Assembly: GCA_951406725.2 (NCBI GenBank)
Contig: OX597814.1
Span: 111,166,001 to 111,230,000, forward strand
Length of the DNA: 64,000 nucleotides
Direction of reading: 5' to 3'
Source: Octopus vulgaris
Taxonomy: Eukaryota
Below, piece by piece: positions 1 through 13,087 of the stretch. Each line of letters opens with the position of its first letter. Positions within the stretch are counted from its first letter, which is position 1. Position numbers and translations under genes: made by a program. A model generated the notes under the pieces. That model did no database searches, had not been told where the DNA came from, and was given only the letters and a program-made list of their open reading frames with translations.

Positions 1-678
1 CTTTTTACATGCCACTGACACAGGAGAAGAAGACCCATGAAGCCAAGTAAAATCACAGTCATGAAGTCAGGGGGTAGTGGCATTGATCACGTTTAGATAG
101 TGCTTTTTATGTGCCACTGACAGAGGAGCCAATCAGGTGGCCCTGGCATTGATCACATTTGGATAATGCTTTTATGTGCCACCAGCATGGGAGCCAGTTA
201 GTCAGCTCTGGCGTTGATCACATTTGGATAGTACTTTTTATGTGCCACTGGTACGGGAGCCAGTCGGGGGGTACTGGCATCAATCAGGTTTAGATAGTGC
301 TTTTTATATGCCACCAACACAGGATCCAGTCAGGCAGCCCTGGCATCGATCACATTTGGATAGTGCTTTTTACATGCCACTGGCACAGGAGCCAATTAAT
401 TAGCCCTGGCGTCGATCACATTCTGATAGTACTTTTTATGTGCCACCGGGTACAGGAGCCAGTTAGGCGGTCCTGACATCAATCACATTCAGTAACGCTT
501 TTTACGTACCACCAGCACGAGAGCCAGTGAGGGAGCACTGGCATCAATCACATTCAGTAGTGCTTTTTATGTGCCACCAGCATGAGAGCAAGTCAGGCGG
601 CCCTGGCATCGATCACATTTGGGTAGTGCTTTTTATGTGCCACCAGCACGAGAGCAAGTCATTCAGCACTGGCATCAA
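1..678 (-). repeat. About 59-bp minisatellite (about 10 units) derived from the RTE LINE 3' UTR
   Basis: Repeated unit GGCATYGATCACATTTGGATAGTGCTTTTTATGTGCCACCAGCACAGGAGCCAGTCAGG; the same GTGCTTTTTAYGTGCCAC motif is repeated in the RTE 3' UTR at 61270-61700. Confidence 0.8.
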
Positions 679-689
679 TAAATACATAT

Positions 690-1041
690 CTTTCTCAGTT
701 ATAGTTTTTACACTTGAAGTACAGTATAAATGTTGTATAAAATCTGTTTGTTTGACAGTCTCTTCTATAATAACCTCACCAATTGTCGTTCTTTTGTCTA
801 TTTGTTTGTTAATCGAAATACATTTCAACATTAATTTTCGTATTTATAACCATTTCTTCTTGAAATATTGCAGTATACCCCCCGGTATATCCAGTTTATC
901 CATTACCAGTGATACCAAGGTATCCTTATCCATACAGTTATCCAAGTTTTCCTTTTTCGGAGCAGTCTGACTCTCCTGACAGTAAGTATCCAGGTTATGT
1001 GAATATTTTTGAGTAGTATAGTAGAAATACATTACTTTCAT
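690..1041 (-). pseudogene. Highly degenerate reverse-transcriptase-like relic
   Basis: Broken frames reading ...TTIGEVIIEETVKQ...LYCTSS, reminiscent of the non-LTR RT region around the (K/R)QG motif; weak. Confidence 0.3.
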
Positions 1042-1060
1042 TGTATATTCATGTTTAGAG

Positions 1061-1287
1061 GAGAGCTGGCTGAAATGTTAGCACGCAGGGCGAAATGCTT
1101 AGGGGTATTTCATCTGTCTTTACGTTCTGAGTTCAAATTCTGCCGAGGTTGACTTTGCCTTTCATCCTTTTGGGGTCAATTAAATAAGTACCAGTTACGC
1201 ACTGGGGTCGATATAATCAACTTAATCCGTTTGTCTGTCCTTGTTTGTCCTCTCTGTGTTTAGCCCCTTGTGTGTAGTAAAGAAATA
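1061..1287 (+). mobile_element. SINE family B (GAGCTGGCAGAA head; Meta/Sauria-like core GACTTTGCCTTTCATCCTTTCGGGGTC)
   Basis: TSD tgtatattcatgtttagagga on both sides. Further copies near 13560-13797(-), 14681-14908(-), 15790-15993(-), 16115-16485(+), 20440-20628(-), 23358-23575(+), 26062-26293(+), 31788-31970(+), 49315-49437(-), 59295-59600(+). Confidence 0.85.
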
Positions 1288-1512
1288 TGTATATTCATGT
1301 TTAGAGGATTCAAATCTGTAGTGATGTCAGTATGTGACAAATTACAATTGCATGCAAGAAAGAGGGGTCAAGTTGACCTTGGTGGAATTTGAACTCAGAA
1401 CATAAAGACGGGTGAAATATCGCTTAGCATTTTGCCTGATGTGCTAATGATTCTGCCAGCTTACCACCATAATAATAGTAATAGTAGTAGTAGCACTACT
1501 ACTACTACTACT

Positions 1513-1879
<367 letters not shown>

Positions 1880-2605
1880 GAATCTCATTAGAATAATCAG
1901 AAGTGGTTAATGATTTCTAAGATAAGAAGAAACAGTATTTACCATTCTGTTTTAAGAAATGTAAGAACAGGAAACTAAAGTTGACAAGATCAACATTTAC
2001 CATTTTTAAGAACTTGTGAGATGTTCATAAGTCATAACATATTTATTACTGGATGTAATGCGATAACATATAAGAATGGTTTGAAACATATTACATGAAC
2101 ATACTTTGCAACCATGTGTCTCAAAGCTAATGAGGTGAATATGTGCGCGTGTGTGGGGGGTGTGCAAATGGCATGGCTCAATGCCTATGCCTAGGAACCG
2201 ACAGGCAAAAGGAGCAAGAAATTAGAATTGCGTCCACTTTATATAAGGGATGAACCAGAAGTCCCTGACTTCCATGTCATCCGGAAGTTAATTGAAAGCT
2301 TCTAGAATATCTGAGAATTTTCAAGAAGGTTGCAGGAAATTATTCTTGTTAGATCCCTTTTTCATTTTGCTTTTCTGCTTGACCACCAGGGGTCACTACA
2401 AATCTGACCTTGAATAAAAAAAATACATTAAATAAATAAGTTAAATTAAATAAAATAAGTCTGGTAAGATAGGATAAGTCTCATCCTATAGATGCTTCTA
2501 CCCCTTCTAGCTATGTCATCTCCTCATCTTGTAGGTGATTTAAACTGCCCATGACTATATATATAAAGGGTAAATTTTATCATACCATTCATATTGTGAA
2601 ATGTT

Positions 2606-2678
2606 TTAACTGAGGAAGATATTTTGTTAAAGATGAAGTCCTTATCTATTGCATAATAATCTGAAATTTACATATTAA
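2606..2678 (+). ncRNA. PLE-type minimal hammerhead ribozyme motif (decayed stem III)
   Basis: TTAA-CTGAGGA-[AGAT...ATCT stem II]-GAAA-TTTACA-TA-TTAA. Confidence 0.6.
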
Positions 2679-2953
2679 ATGTATTCAAAATATCATCATT
2701 TGGTTTTACCATATATATTTTATATTTATACATACACATCATCATCATCATTTAACATCCTTTTTTCCATGCTGGCATGGATTGGATGGTTTGACTAGAA
2801 CAGTCAAGACAGAGGGTTCCACTAGGTTCTATGTCTGCTTTGACATGGTTCCTACAGCTGAATGCCTTTCCTGATGTCAACCACAGTGTACTCAGGGATT
2901 TTACAGGCACCAGCACCAGTGAGGTTGCCAAGTACCCACAAGATAAGATCCTT

Positions 2954-3434
2954 TTAACCCTTTCATTACCAACCCGGCTGAAACCGGCTCTGGCTCTGAG
3001 TAAAAATGTCTTGTTTTCATAAGTTTTTAATTAAAATCTTCCACAAAACCTTAGTTGCAATTTATGTTCCTAACCTCAGCTTAATGATAACTAAGTTATT
3101 TTACTAAATTCTTTGTTATATTTAAAATTAATTGAGAGAAAAACAGAGCATCTCAACAGAAATATGGTAGCAAAAGGGTTAAAATATATAATATAGAAGC
3201 AATTCTTAACCCTTTTGTTATTAACCTGGTTGAAACCGCTTCTGGGTCAGTAGTACGAATGTCTTGTTTTCAAAAGTTCTGAATTAAAATCTTCCACCAA
3301 ACCTTAGTCACAACTTATGTTCCTAACACAAGCTTAATTATAACAAAGTTATTTTACTAAATTCTTTGTTATATTTAAAGAAATTGAAAGAAACACGGAA
3401 CATCTCTAAAGAAATACAGTAATGAAAGGGTTAA
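2954..3434 (+). mobile_element. Tandem dimer of a piggyBac-like MITE (TTAA|CCCT...AGGG|TTAA)
   Basis: Two units of about 229 bp (2954-3182 and 3206-3434), each bounded by TTAA with CCCTTT/AAAGGG termini. Confidence 0.8.
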
Positions 3435-3699
3435 CTGAGCAAGGTATAGACTGAAGAAAGAAACTATAATGGAGGGAGAGGAGTAGATTTCTTGTTGAAG
3501 AGATGAATACATGGCTTGCTCACCTGGAAGATGAGAGAGAGATGTGAGGTCTAGGTGCAACATGGATATGAGACAGAATAGGAAGTGCACTGAGTGAAGA
3601 TAGAGAGACAGATGATTAGAGACAGGGAATGAGTTGGATGCAGAGGAGATCAGTGTCAGACAAAATATTTAATGATGTGCTTCCACACAGTTCAGTTGA

Positions 3700-4320
3700 G
3701 GTGCGTGACTTAGTGGCTAGGGTGTTGGACTCATGATTGTAAGATTGTGGTTTCGATTCCTGGACTGGATGACGTGTTGTATTGTTGAGTAAAACACTTC
3801 ATTTCACATTGCTCCAGTCCACTCAGCTGGCAAAAATTAGAAGTGGCTGTGTGGTAAGTAGCTTGCTTACCAACCACATGGTCCCAGGTTCTGTCCCACA
3901 GCATGACACCTTGGGCAAGTGTCTTCTCCTATAATAGCTTTGGGCAAACCAAAGCCTTGTGAGTGGATTTGGTAGATGGAAACTGGCAGAAGCCCATCGT
4001 ATATGTATGTGTATATGTTGTGTGTCTGTGTTTGCCCCTCCAACATCACTTGACAACCAATGCTGGTGTGTTTACATCCCTGTAACTTAACAGTTCGGCA
4101 AAAGAGACCGATAGAATAAGTACTAGGCTTACAAAGAATAAGCTCTGGGGTCGATTTGCTCGACTAAAGGCAGTGCTCCAGCATGGTCACAGTCAAATGA
4201 CTGAAACAAGTAAAAGAGTAATCCTGCGACAGACTGGCGTCTGTCCAAGTGGGGGCTACATATGCCATTGAAACCAGGAAAATGGCCCTTGTGAGCCTGG
4301 CATGGCTCAAGAAGGAAACA
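3700..4320 (+). mobile_element. tRNA-derived SINE (related to family C) interrupted by a SINE family A copy at about 3841-4220
   Basis: tRNA-like A/B boxes (tagtggctag; ggtttcgattcc); family C tail (cctgcgacagactggcg...gaaggaaac) resumes after the insert. Confidence 0.75.
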
Positions 4321-4960
4321 TTTATTTTATTTTATTTTTCCACACAGTTCCCATCTAACAAATTCCCTCTCATGAAATTGGTCTGCTGGAGCTAAAGTGC
4401 ATGTCACTTATCCAAAGGGACACATAGTTTCAAAGTGAACTTCTAAACCTCACAGCCATTCCTGCAGTGGTTGTGTGGGGTTTTTTGTTTTGTTTTTCAT
4501 TCTTTTATTCTTTTACTTGTTTTAGTCATTTGACTGCGGTCATAATGGAGCATCACCTTAGAGGGTGTTAGTTGAAGAAATTGACCCCCATGACTTATTC
4601 TTTGTAAGCCTAGTACTTATTCTGTCGGTCTCTTTTGCCAAACTGCTAAGTTACAGGGACATAAACACACCAGCACTGGTTGTCAAGCAAACACAAACAC
4701 ACCAGCATCGGTTGTCAAGCAGTTGCCAGTGGGAGGGACACACATAAATATATACATATATATATGATGGGCTTCTTCCAGTTTCCATCTACCAAATTGA
4801 ATCACAAGGCTTGCCCAAAGTGCCACACAGTGGTTGGGAAGCAAGCTTCTTATGATACAGCCATGACTGCACCTATATATATATATATTTTTTTTTTCTT
4901 TTTTTACATAAATTTTACTTCTGTTGATGATATGCTAATTTCTTTATCTCTCTGTTTCAG

Positions 4961-5175
4961 GACAACCACCTATGCCATATGTACCAATACCTAAAGCTTA
5001 TCAGTATCATGTACATCCTTATGGTAGTTTTATGAAGCCATCTTATCCAACAAAAAAAGCCTATCCTTATAACCCGATGCCAAAGAATCCACTATACAGC
5101 AGTTGGTTGAAACAACTTTTAAGATCAAAAGCAGTGGGACCATCTAAGATTGTAAAAAATAATGCAACTCAATCG
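4961..5175 (+). CDS. Coding exon (first visible) of a putative secreted glycoprotein; Pro/Tyr-rich segment (x)QPPMPYVPIPKAYQYHVHPYG...NNATQS
   Basis: Branch-like gctaat, polypyrimidine tract and acceptor tctgtttcag at 4951-4960; donor TCG|gtattt at 5176; 215 nt, phase 1 to phase 0, open frame. Confidence 0.8.
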
Positions 5176-5367
5176 GTATTTATTAATGATTTCTTCTTTT
5201 TTTTATTTAAGGCAGTGAGGAGCTAGCAAAATTATTACTATCAGACAAAGGGCTTCTTCCTGTTCTTTACAGGAGGTCAATGAAATAAAGCACCAGTCAA
5301 GCACTGGGGTTGATGTAATTCGACTGACTTCCTCCCACTTAAATTGCTAGCCTTCTGCCAAATTCTG

Positions 5368-6190
5368 GTCATCATCATCATCATTGTTTAACATCCGCTT
5401 TCCATGCTAGCATGGGTTGGACGATTTTGACTGAGGGCTGGCGAACCAGATGGCTGCACCAGGCTCCAATCTTGATCTGGCAGAGTTTCTACAGCTGGAT
5501 GCCCTTCTTAATGCCAACCACTCCGAGAGTGTAGTAGGTGCTTTTTACATGCCACCGGCACAGGGGCTAGTCAGGCGGTGCTGGCAATGTCCTCGCTTGA
5601 ATCTTTTTACACATGCCACCGACATAGGTGCCAGTAAGGCGAGTTTGGTAATGATCATGCTCAAATGGTGCTCTTTTACGTGTCACAGCACAGGGGCCAA
5701 TCAGGCGGTACTGGCAATGGCCTCGCTCGAATCTTTTTAATCTGGTGTAAGTGCCATTTAGTGTTTTCTTCTTGGAAGCCTTAGGTGTCCATGTTAGCAA
5801 AAGAAATCAAGAGTTTAAGCACTCCTATTTTAAACATCATCATCATCATCATCATTTAACATCCATTTACCCTGCTGTCATGGGTTGGATAGTATGACAG
5901 GAGTTGGTAAGGCTAGGGACAGCACCAGGCCCCATTTTCTGTCCTGGCATGGTTTCTATGACTGGATGCCCTTCTTAGCACCAATCACTTTACAGAGTGT
6001 ACTAGGTGCTTTTTATGTGACCCTGGCACCAGTGCCTTTTATGTGGAACCAGCACTGGTGCTTTATTACATGGAACTAGCACTGACAGGGTTGCTGAGTA
6101 AGCTGCAAGACAAAAACCCTTTCAGCTGAGAGGAGGGGGTAGTAGTGGGAGAGGGGCTTTGTGCCAGTTGATGAGAGATTAGACAGAGGA
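5368..6190 (-). mobile_element. Two 5'-truncated RTE 3'-end fragments with (ATG)n tails
   Basis: Match the 3' UTR of the RTE copy at 61113-62712. Similar fragments near 2738-2950, 9137-9445, 13280-13550, 14915-15130, 20128-20440, 22372-22490, 46287-46528, 54560-54870, 56157-56400 and 58685-59015. Confidence 0.8.
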
Positions 6191-6479
6191 CATTGTGTCA
6201 TCAGTTAGTAGAAATCTGTCTGATGGTGAACCAATGTGTAAAATTAGATTTTGTTTAATTAAAATAATCTGGATTTTCTTTTTTTGCCAAACATAGGACG
6301 AGCCTTTGTAAAATGTCATTCAAACTATATCAAAGGAAAAAAGAAGAATTTAATGTGATTTATAAAAACGACTATTTTTTAAAGCTTGTTTACAATACTC
6401 TAGCCTCAATAATTGTTTAGTGTCTTGGTATTATTACATTAAATAAATTTAATATTTAAAAAATACTAGTATAAACATT

Positions 6480-6785
6480 GTGGAGGCACATGGCCTAGTA
6501 GTTAGAGCAGTGAACTCGCGGTCAAGGGTTCGTGAGTTTGAATCTCAGACCGAGCAATGTGTGTGTTTATGAGTGAAGCACCTTAAGCTCCACGTGGCTC
6601 TGGCAGAAGGTAATGGTGAACTTCTACTGACTCTTTCGCCACAACTTTCTCTCACTCTTTCCTCCTACATCTTGCAGCTCACCTGCGATGGACCGGCATC
6701 CCATCCAGGTGGGGAACCTATACGCCAAGGAAACCGGGAAACTGGCCCTTATGAACCAGGCATGGCTCGAGAAGGAACAAACAAT
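6480..6785 (+). mobile_element. SINE family C (tRNA-like head GTGGAGGCGCATGGCCTAGTGGTTAGAGC)
   Basis: A and B boxes; TSD tataaacatt. Other copies at 15204-15514(-) with TSD atatcataact and 55231-55537(+) with TSD aagtcaatattgtg. Confidence 0.85.
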
Positions 6786-6862
6786 ATAAACATTAAAAGT
6801 TATTTGAAAACTCTTCATAAATTATTTTACTTTACTTAAAATGTACTTCTTCAATTTTCCAG

Positions 6863-6887
6863 AATGCATCATCACCAGCAGCAGCAA
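6863..6887 (+). CDS. 25-nt micro-exon (NASSPAAA-) of the same gene
   Basis: Acceptor ttcaattttccag, consensus donor |gtaagt; phase 0 to 1, exactly bridging the neighbouring exons. Confidence 0.75.
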
Positions 6888-6959
6888 GTAAGTATCTATT
6901 CATATATATTTATGTATTCATCTTTTAACATGTTCAAATGTAATTCGACATGATGAAAC

Positions 6960-7185
6960 CTTTCCCTACAGGAAGACTTCCAAAAGAAAATACTCCTCAA
7001 GGCCTCTACAAAAGCACATTTTATTTTGGGTCGTGAGTGACTGAGTTAGTTTTCATAACTGACAAAGCAGAACAACCCAGAAATACCAGTGTCTTATGAT
7101 CTCATGGTGTCACTCACGACCCAAAATAAAATGTGTATTTACATAAGTCTAAGAGGGGAATTTTCTCCCAAGACTATTCCTTAAC
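6960..7185. mobile_element. Palindromic MITE
   Basis: cacattttattttgggtcgtgagtgac is inverted as gtcactcacgacccaaaataaaatgtg, with imperfect outer arms. Confidence 0.7.
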
Positions 7186-7232
7186 ATGTCCAATTACATT
7201 TGAACATGTTAAAAATGATTTTACATCATTTT

Positions 7233-8420
7233 ATCTAGTTTCAGCTCACAAGCTGTGGCCATGCTGGGGCACTGCCATTCGGTGTTGCTACATGATTTTA
7301 CTTCACGAATGCTTTTTAGCAATTAACATTTGGTGCATGAAAGAGTTTGATGCAGCTGCCCTCATCTGCACCTCCTGCCGTGAAGTTGGGTCATCTGGGA
7401 CACCTGACAGGAAGAGGTCCAGCTTTATTTTAAAGACATCTGCATCCACCCTATGAAGGTCTCTCAGGTCCTTCAGGAGGATATTGAAGAGCTATGGACC
7501 TCTGAAGCCCAGGCTATCACAGTATCTTGTCCTACATCTTGATGGCATATTTGGAGACCTTGGCACTATGCAGTGGCACCCAGTTCTAGTATTTGTTTAA
7601 CTCTCGATGCCAAAGTTTGGGACAAGTCCTTCCAGAATCTTTCAGATGTATATTATGGCATATCTTTCTCACCTATGCTCTAAGGAATAGAGTCTTAATC
7701 TCTTGAGTCTTTCCCAATAGCTTATATGCTGCACAGAGGCTATCTTCTTTGTGTAGCTTCGTTGGATCGCCTCAAGTTCTGTGATTAATTTGACACTGGT
7801 TGGTGACCATAGCTGAGAGCAATAGTCAAAGTGGCTTAAGACAAGTGTCCTCCAGAGGACCATCATGGTTTCCTGGTCTCTTGTTCTAAAAGCTCTAAGA
7901 ATCCATCCAGTCGGCCGCCTACATTTCATTGCCAATTTAGCAACATGCACATGAAAGGTTGCATCATTACTCATGTAAATACCCAGGTCTCGCACTGATT
8001 GTGCCTCTGGGATTGCAAACCCTCCAGGTCCAGTGTATTTATTGGGCATTGCATTTAGTTTTGCATGCTGATAGCATAAAGCTTGAAACTTTTCAGCAGT
8101 GAACTGCATGCTATTCTTTTCAGCCCACTTGTATATTTTGTCCAGCTCACATTGCAGGTGCATGGTGTCTTCAGGGTTCTGTATTACCTGTGAAACTTTT
8201 GTATCATCTGCATAACTTGTGATTGTGGCTCTCTGCGTGGCTGAGGGCATGTCTGAGAGGGCTATTATGAACAGCAGTGGTCCCAAAAACTATTTGCATG
8301 TTATTGGAGGTGGCCCCATTGGCTACTACCACCTGACTTCTATCCTTCAGAAAGTCATAAAGCCATTCTCCCAATTTTCTAACTATGCCAAGATCACGCA
8401 GTTTGTGACATATCATTCCA
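7233..8420 (-). mobile_element. CR1/L2-type LINE 3' fragment (RT pseudogene)
   Basis: GPLLF...YADDTK...RDLGI...DYCSQLWSP...YWERLK in ORF 7669-8286, with an internal deletion and frameshifts; lies in an intron, antisense to the gene. Confidence 0.9.
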
Positions 8421-8439
8421 TGATCGACATAATGATATT

Positions 8440-8950
8440 TCATTCAACAACGCTTCATGCAACATTATTTATTGAGCATTTATATATATATTTATTTATA
8501 ATAATAATATTAGGGAATATGATTCCAAACTTACAGGGAAAAATTTAATTTAGTAATACTAAATCAAATTTATATCAAGACAGGAAGTTGGTAAAATGTT
8601 TTAGTATTATATATTCACCATTATACATGTTTCATTTGCTAACAAAAATTACAAAATTGTACATGTTGGATAATAAACATGTAAGAAAGTTTCTAGGAGA
8701 AATTCTTCAGACAAGGAATCAAATAATACAAAATTTAATTTGGATGAAGTGTCTACTGGAATAAGCAGACATGCTTCAAGATGAAGCAGCTTGAATTTTA
8801 ACTCTAAATACATAATATATTTCTTTATATACAGAGGTATAAATTTTTACTCACATGCTCATAATATTCTTAACTTCTTTATTAACTTTATGTTGTTTCC
8901 ATGAGGAGTAAAAGTATAGCTCAAATCCTTAGTTAGTTCTTAAACATTAT
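8440..8950 (-). mobile_element. PLE 3' relic with hammerhead-like motif at about 8618-8716
   Basis: Minus strand reads CTGAAGA-ATTT...AAAT-GAAA-CATG-TA; stem I is weak. Confidence 0.5.
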
Positions 8951-8954
8951 AGAG

Positions 8955-9026
<72 letters not shown>

Positions 9027-10618
9027 TATTTTATTTATTGGGGAATAAAAATTCCAGCATCACATGGATTCAAATAAATTGAATTATTTTCAATAAGGAA
9101 ATATATATATATATGTATGTATCTATGTATGTATGTATCATCATCGTTGTCATCATCATTTAATGTCCAATTTCCATGCTGGCATGGATTGGACGGTTTG
9201 ACTGAGGACTGGCAAGCTGGGAAGCTGCACCAGGCCCCAGTCTGATTTGGCAAGGTTTTTACAGCTGGATGCCCTTCCTAATGCTAACCACTTCAAGAGC
9301 ATAGCAGGTGCTTTTTACATGCCACCAGCACAGGTACCAGTCAGGTGGCACTGGCATTGGCCACACATGAAATAGTGCTTTTTATGCGTCACCAACATAG
9401 GTGCCAGCCAGGTGGCACTAGCTTTGACCACAACTACAATTTTACTATACATATAGGTTCCAGTACAGCTGTGCAGTTAAGGCATTTGTTTCATAACCAT
9501 ACACATATGAGTATGTATAAATTCTTTCTATACAGAGACTGACTAAGCAAGTGGTTCTCAACTATTTGTTGTTTATGGTCCCTTTGATCCCTGTTTCATT
9601 CAGGGGCATCTAAAAGCTTCTAGTATATTTTTATGATTAAATACTATTAGGAATTATACAAAAAATTGTTAAAATATTCTGTGTATTGTAGAAATATAAC
9701 CCTTTAGCATTTACACCAATCATATCTGGCCAAAATATTCTACATGTTTTATGTTCAAACCAGCCAGATCCAGCTTCTCACACCTACCCTACAATGTCAT
9801 TCTAAAGATATACAATCATATCATTGAAATCTTGAAACTACATGACATTACATGATTAATTCAAAATAATAGTAATAAATACACATTACATTTGACAGAG
9901 TAATGTTAACGATAAAGGGATAACCAGTTTCCTCACACATATACACGCACAAACACACATACTGTATAACTTCACAAATGGCCACAGCAATATCAACAAT
10001 GTGATCAGCAACGACAATAGCAACAATGGTAACAACAGCAACAACTACCACAATTGCATCAGCATGGGCTAACACAGAAACACAGAGAGATACAGGAACA
10101 GTACCAAAATTCGGGGACACAGGCAGTAGCAGCAGCAATGGGAGAGGAATGGAGCTGAGAGGAGGATCATAGTACTACTAAGAACAATCGCACACACACA
10201 CACAAATACATATGCATACAAGGATACATATCATAAAAGAACACACATGAGAATGGAAAGTGCTGCTGAAGAGGTCACAGGTGTGTGATGAAAGATTTCT
10301 GGGCAATGGACATGAGTTAGAATAAGAACAGTAATAAATGAGTGAAGAACAAATATATAGTATTTTTTTGGCAAAAAAAAAATTTTTTTAAATGACCATC
10401 CTGAAATACAACAATAACCAGTTTATTGCACATAAATTTTAACAGGAAAATCTTATATGGAACCCACTGGAGTCGACCTAAAAGAATAACATGGATGGCT
10501 TAGACATGCAGGTGGGTGGGGATGGGAAATGAAGTTGTTGCATGAGATTGTTTTGTTTTATATATATATATATTTTTAGTTTTATTTACCTTTATTTATT
10601 TGTTTATCTCTACTTCAG

Positions 10619-10748
10619 ATGCTACAATTTCTGTCAGAGTAGAACTTAAACATCCAAATAATACCATAATTAAGAATGATTTGAAATTATCCAAACAACC
10701 ATTGAAAAGTATTCTGAATATTTTGGCTGACAGAAATGAATGTTTCAA
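10619..10748 (+). CDS. Coding exon: ATISVRVELKHPNNTIIKNDLKLSKQPLKSILNILADRNECF; start of the transcobalamin-like beta (DUF4430) domain
   Basis: Acceptor tttatctctacttcag, donor AA|gtatgt; 130 nt, phase 1 to 2. Confidence 0.8.
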
Positions 10749-10854
10749 GTATGTGGTTTTCTTTAATTCTTTTGATTCTGTTTGCATTTTGTATTTGAAA
10801 ATAGGCAGAAAGCCACATGTGGGATACAAACCATGCAGCTACATTCAAGATATA

Positions 10855-11223
10855 TCTCTATATATATAAACGGCAAAATGTCTGTCTGTGTGTGTGTCCT
10901 TTATACAAATCCACAATTTTTCAGTTAGAGGGCTCGCACTTTCTATGGTAATTCAAAACCATCCAAGGGTGGTCGTGCACATCTTTACATTTCCCCAGTC
11001 ACCCCACAAAGCCATTAAAAAATCAATAGAAGTGACTTTTTTGTGAATTTTCTATCCAAAACCCAATCAAAATGCCCGAAACTTGATAACACCAATTGAA
11101 TGCCAGCTAGCTGTATGTGATTGGTCGGAGATTTGGACAGTACTCGCATGTATGTGCACATGCACGCAGCTGTATATGCATGCATTAGTACTATGACCTG
11201 GCGTTGCTGGGTCATAGTGCTAG
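10855..11223 (+). mobile_element. Non-autonomous Helitron
   Basis: A|TC start, internal (GTCT)/(GT) tract, subterminal hairpin ctatgacctggc-gtt-gctgggtcatag (11191-11217), CTAG|T end; no TSD. Confidence 0.85.
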
Positions 11224-12345
11224 TCATTTATAAAAAAATTATTTATTTATCACTGCTTCTACTGTTACATTCTAAAGGGCTGTGTGGTAAGAAGATTGCT
11301 TCCCAACAACATGGTTCTGGGTTCAGTCCCACTGCGCGGCACCTTGGGCAAGTTTCTTCTACTATAGCCTCGGGCTGATCAAAGCCTTGTGAGTGGATTT
11401 GGCAGATGGAAACTGAAAGAAGCTCATCATATATGTCTGTGTGTGTGTGTGTCTGTCTGTCATCTGTGTTTTTCCCCCCACCACTGATTGACAATCGGTG
11501 TTGGTGTGTTTACATCCCTGTAACTTAGTAGTTCAGTAAAAGGGACCAATAAAATAAGTACCAAGGTTAAGAAAAATAATACTAGGCCCAATTCACTCGA
11601 CTAAAATTCTTCAAGGTGGTGCCCTAGCATGGCCACAGACTAATAACTGAAACAATTAAAAATAAAAGATACAGGATTATGTTTTTAATGAATATGCATA
11701 ATGAGAATAACTAATTAATATACATAACTAGAGATACATGTTATATGACAAGTAACATTCAAAATATACTTTTGCCACCCTGGCTAGTGTCAAGAATTAT
11801 GGCAGACATACAATAATTATGATTTTAACTTTTTATCAAATTTCTTGGTGCTTCAACAAAATGATGAAGCGAACACTAATTTCCCAAAAGAAAAATATTG
11901 GTCACCTTGAAATAAAATTAAATAAAACAAATTTCTTGTTTGTATAACTCGTCTTATAACTATTCTGTCATCTCCTTCTCCTCCTCGTCTCTGATTCTTT
12001 CTCCCTGTGTGTGTGTAGCATTCTTTTACTCTTTGCTTGTCACCAAACCTTGTATGTGCAGATGTTAAGCCTCTCTGTCTGTCTCTCTCTCTCTCTACAA
12101 TGTAAAGCATGACTGGAAAAAATCAGCCAACCAACCAACATTTTCATCATCATTCAACATCTGTCTTCCAAAATTTTACCTGTCATATAACAGTTACTTC
12201 TAGTTATCGATATTCATTAATGACATCATCATCATCATCATCTTTAATATCCCAGAAACAACTATATGACTATATCTATATCTTTTACCTTATAAATGTC
12301 CTGAAAACTCCTCACAGTCTTGGCTTTGTTATCTCATTTTGTCTA

Positions 12346-12410
<65 letters not shown>

Positions 12411-12938
12411 ATTGTCAAACAATATATTACCAGATTACTGGTTATGGCATATAACTAATCAGAATGTTACTGTTAGTTTCAAGTTGAATATTGCCATTAA
12501 ACAATATTCAGTGCAAGACCAATGGCAGCATTCTGACCAGTTGTATACCATAACCAATGATACACCAATATTGTCTTTGATGATATAAAAATATACCTGT
12601 TCTATCTCTTATATAGAACAGTGAAAAGAGAAACACATACATACAGATAAAGGCTACATTATTTACAAAGTTATCTGTTACTTAGAAGTATTGGGTTGGG
12701 AGGGAACCAGTAAAGAAGAAATTGAGAAACAAACTTTATGTACCGAAATAGGTCCAACAGACTAGTTAAAAGATTCTCACGATAAAATTCCTTTGCATTC
12801 CTCTAATTAGTAAACTAGCTCCATCTTTAACCTTATAACATCTAAATTCTCAATCAATTTATCAATATTGACATTTTGTGCTGAAGCTGAGTTTCATAAT
12901 TCTGTTGTATTAACAAATGTATTTGATTTTCCTTCCAG

Positions 12939-13087
12939 TTATACTACTTTTCAAAGAAATTCTCGCATAACCGATGGAAAGGTAGGTGAATATGTACGAT
13001 CACTGTGCAACACTAAGGAAGTATATGGCTCACATATGTCATCGAGATATTGGCTGCTGTATACATTATCTGGAGAGAATGATTTAG
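12939..13087 (+). CDS. Coding exon: YTTFQRNSRITDGKVGEYVRSLCNTKEVYGSHMSSRYWLLYTLSGENDL; core of the DUF4430-like domain
   Basis: Acceptor ttttccttccag, donor TTAG|gtaaag; 149 nt, phase 2 to 1; GxYVxS and YWxxY motifs. Confidence 0.8.

Noticed and set aside
75-678. CRISPR-like repeat/spacer appearance
   Set aside because: The apparent spacers are homologous to each other, the unit matches the RTE 3' UTR, the context is eukaryotic and there are no cas genes
2492-2534. Possible signal-peptide first exon MLLPLLAMSSPHLV-G|gtgatt, phase-compatible with the exon at 4961
   Set aside because: Weak donor, short hydrophobic core and located inside a PLE-like segment; not excluded but not supportable
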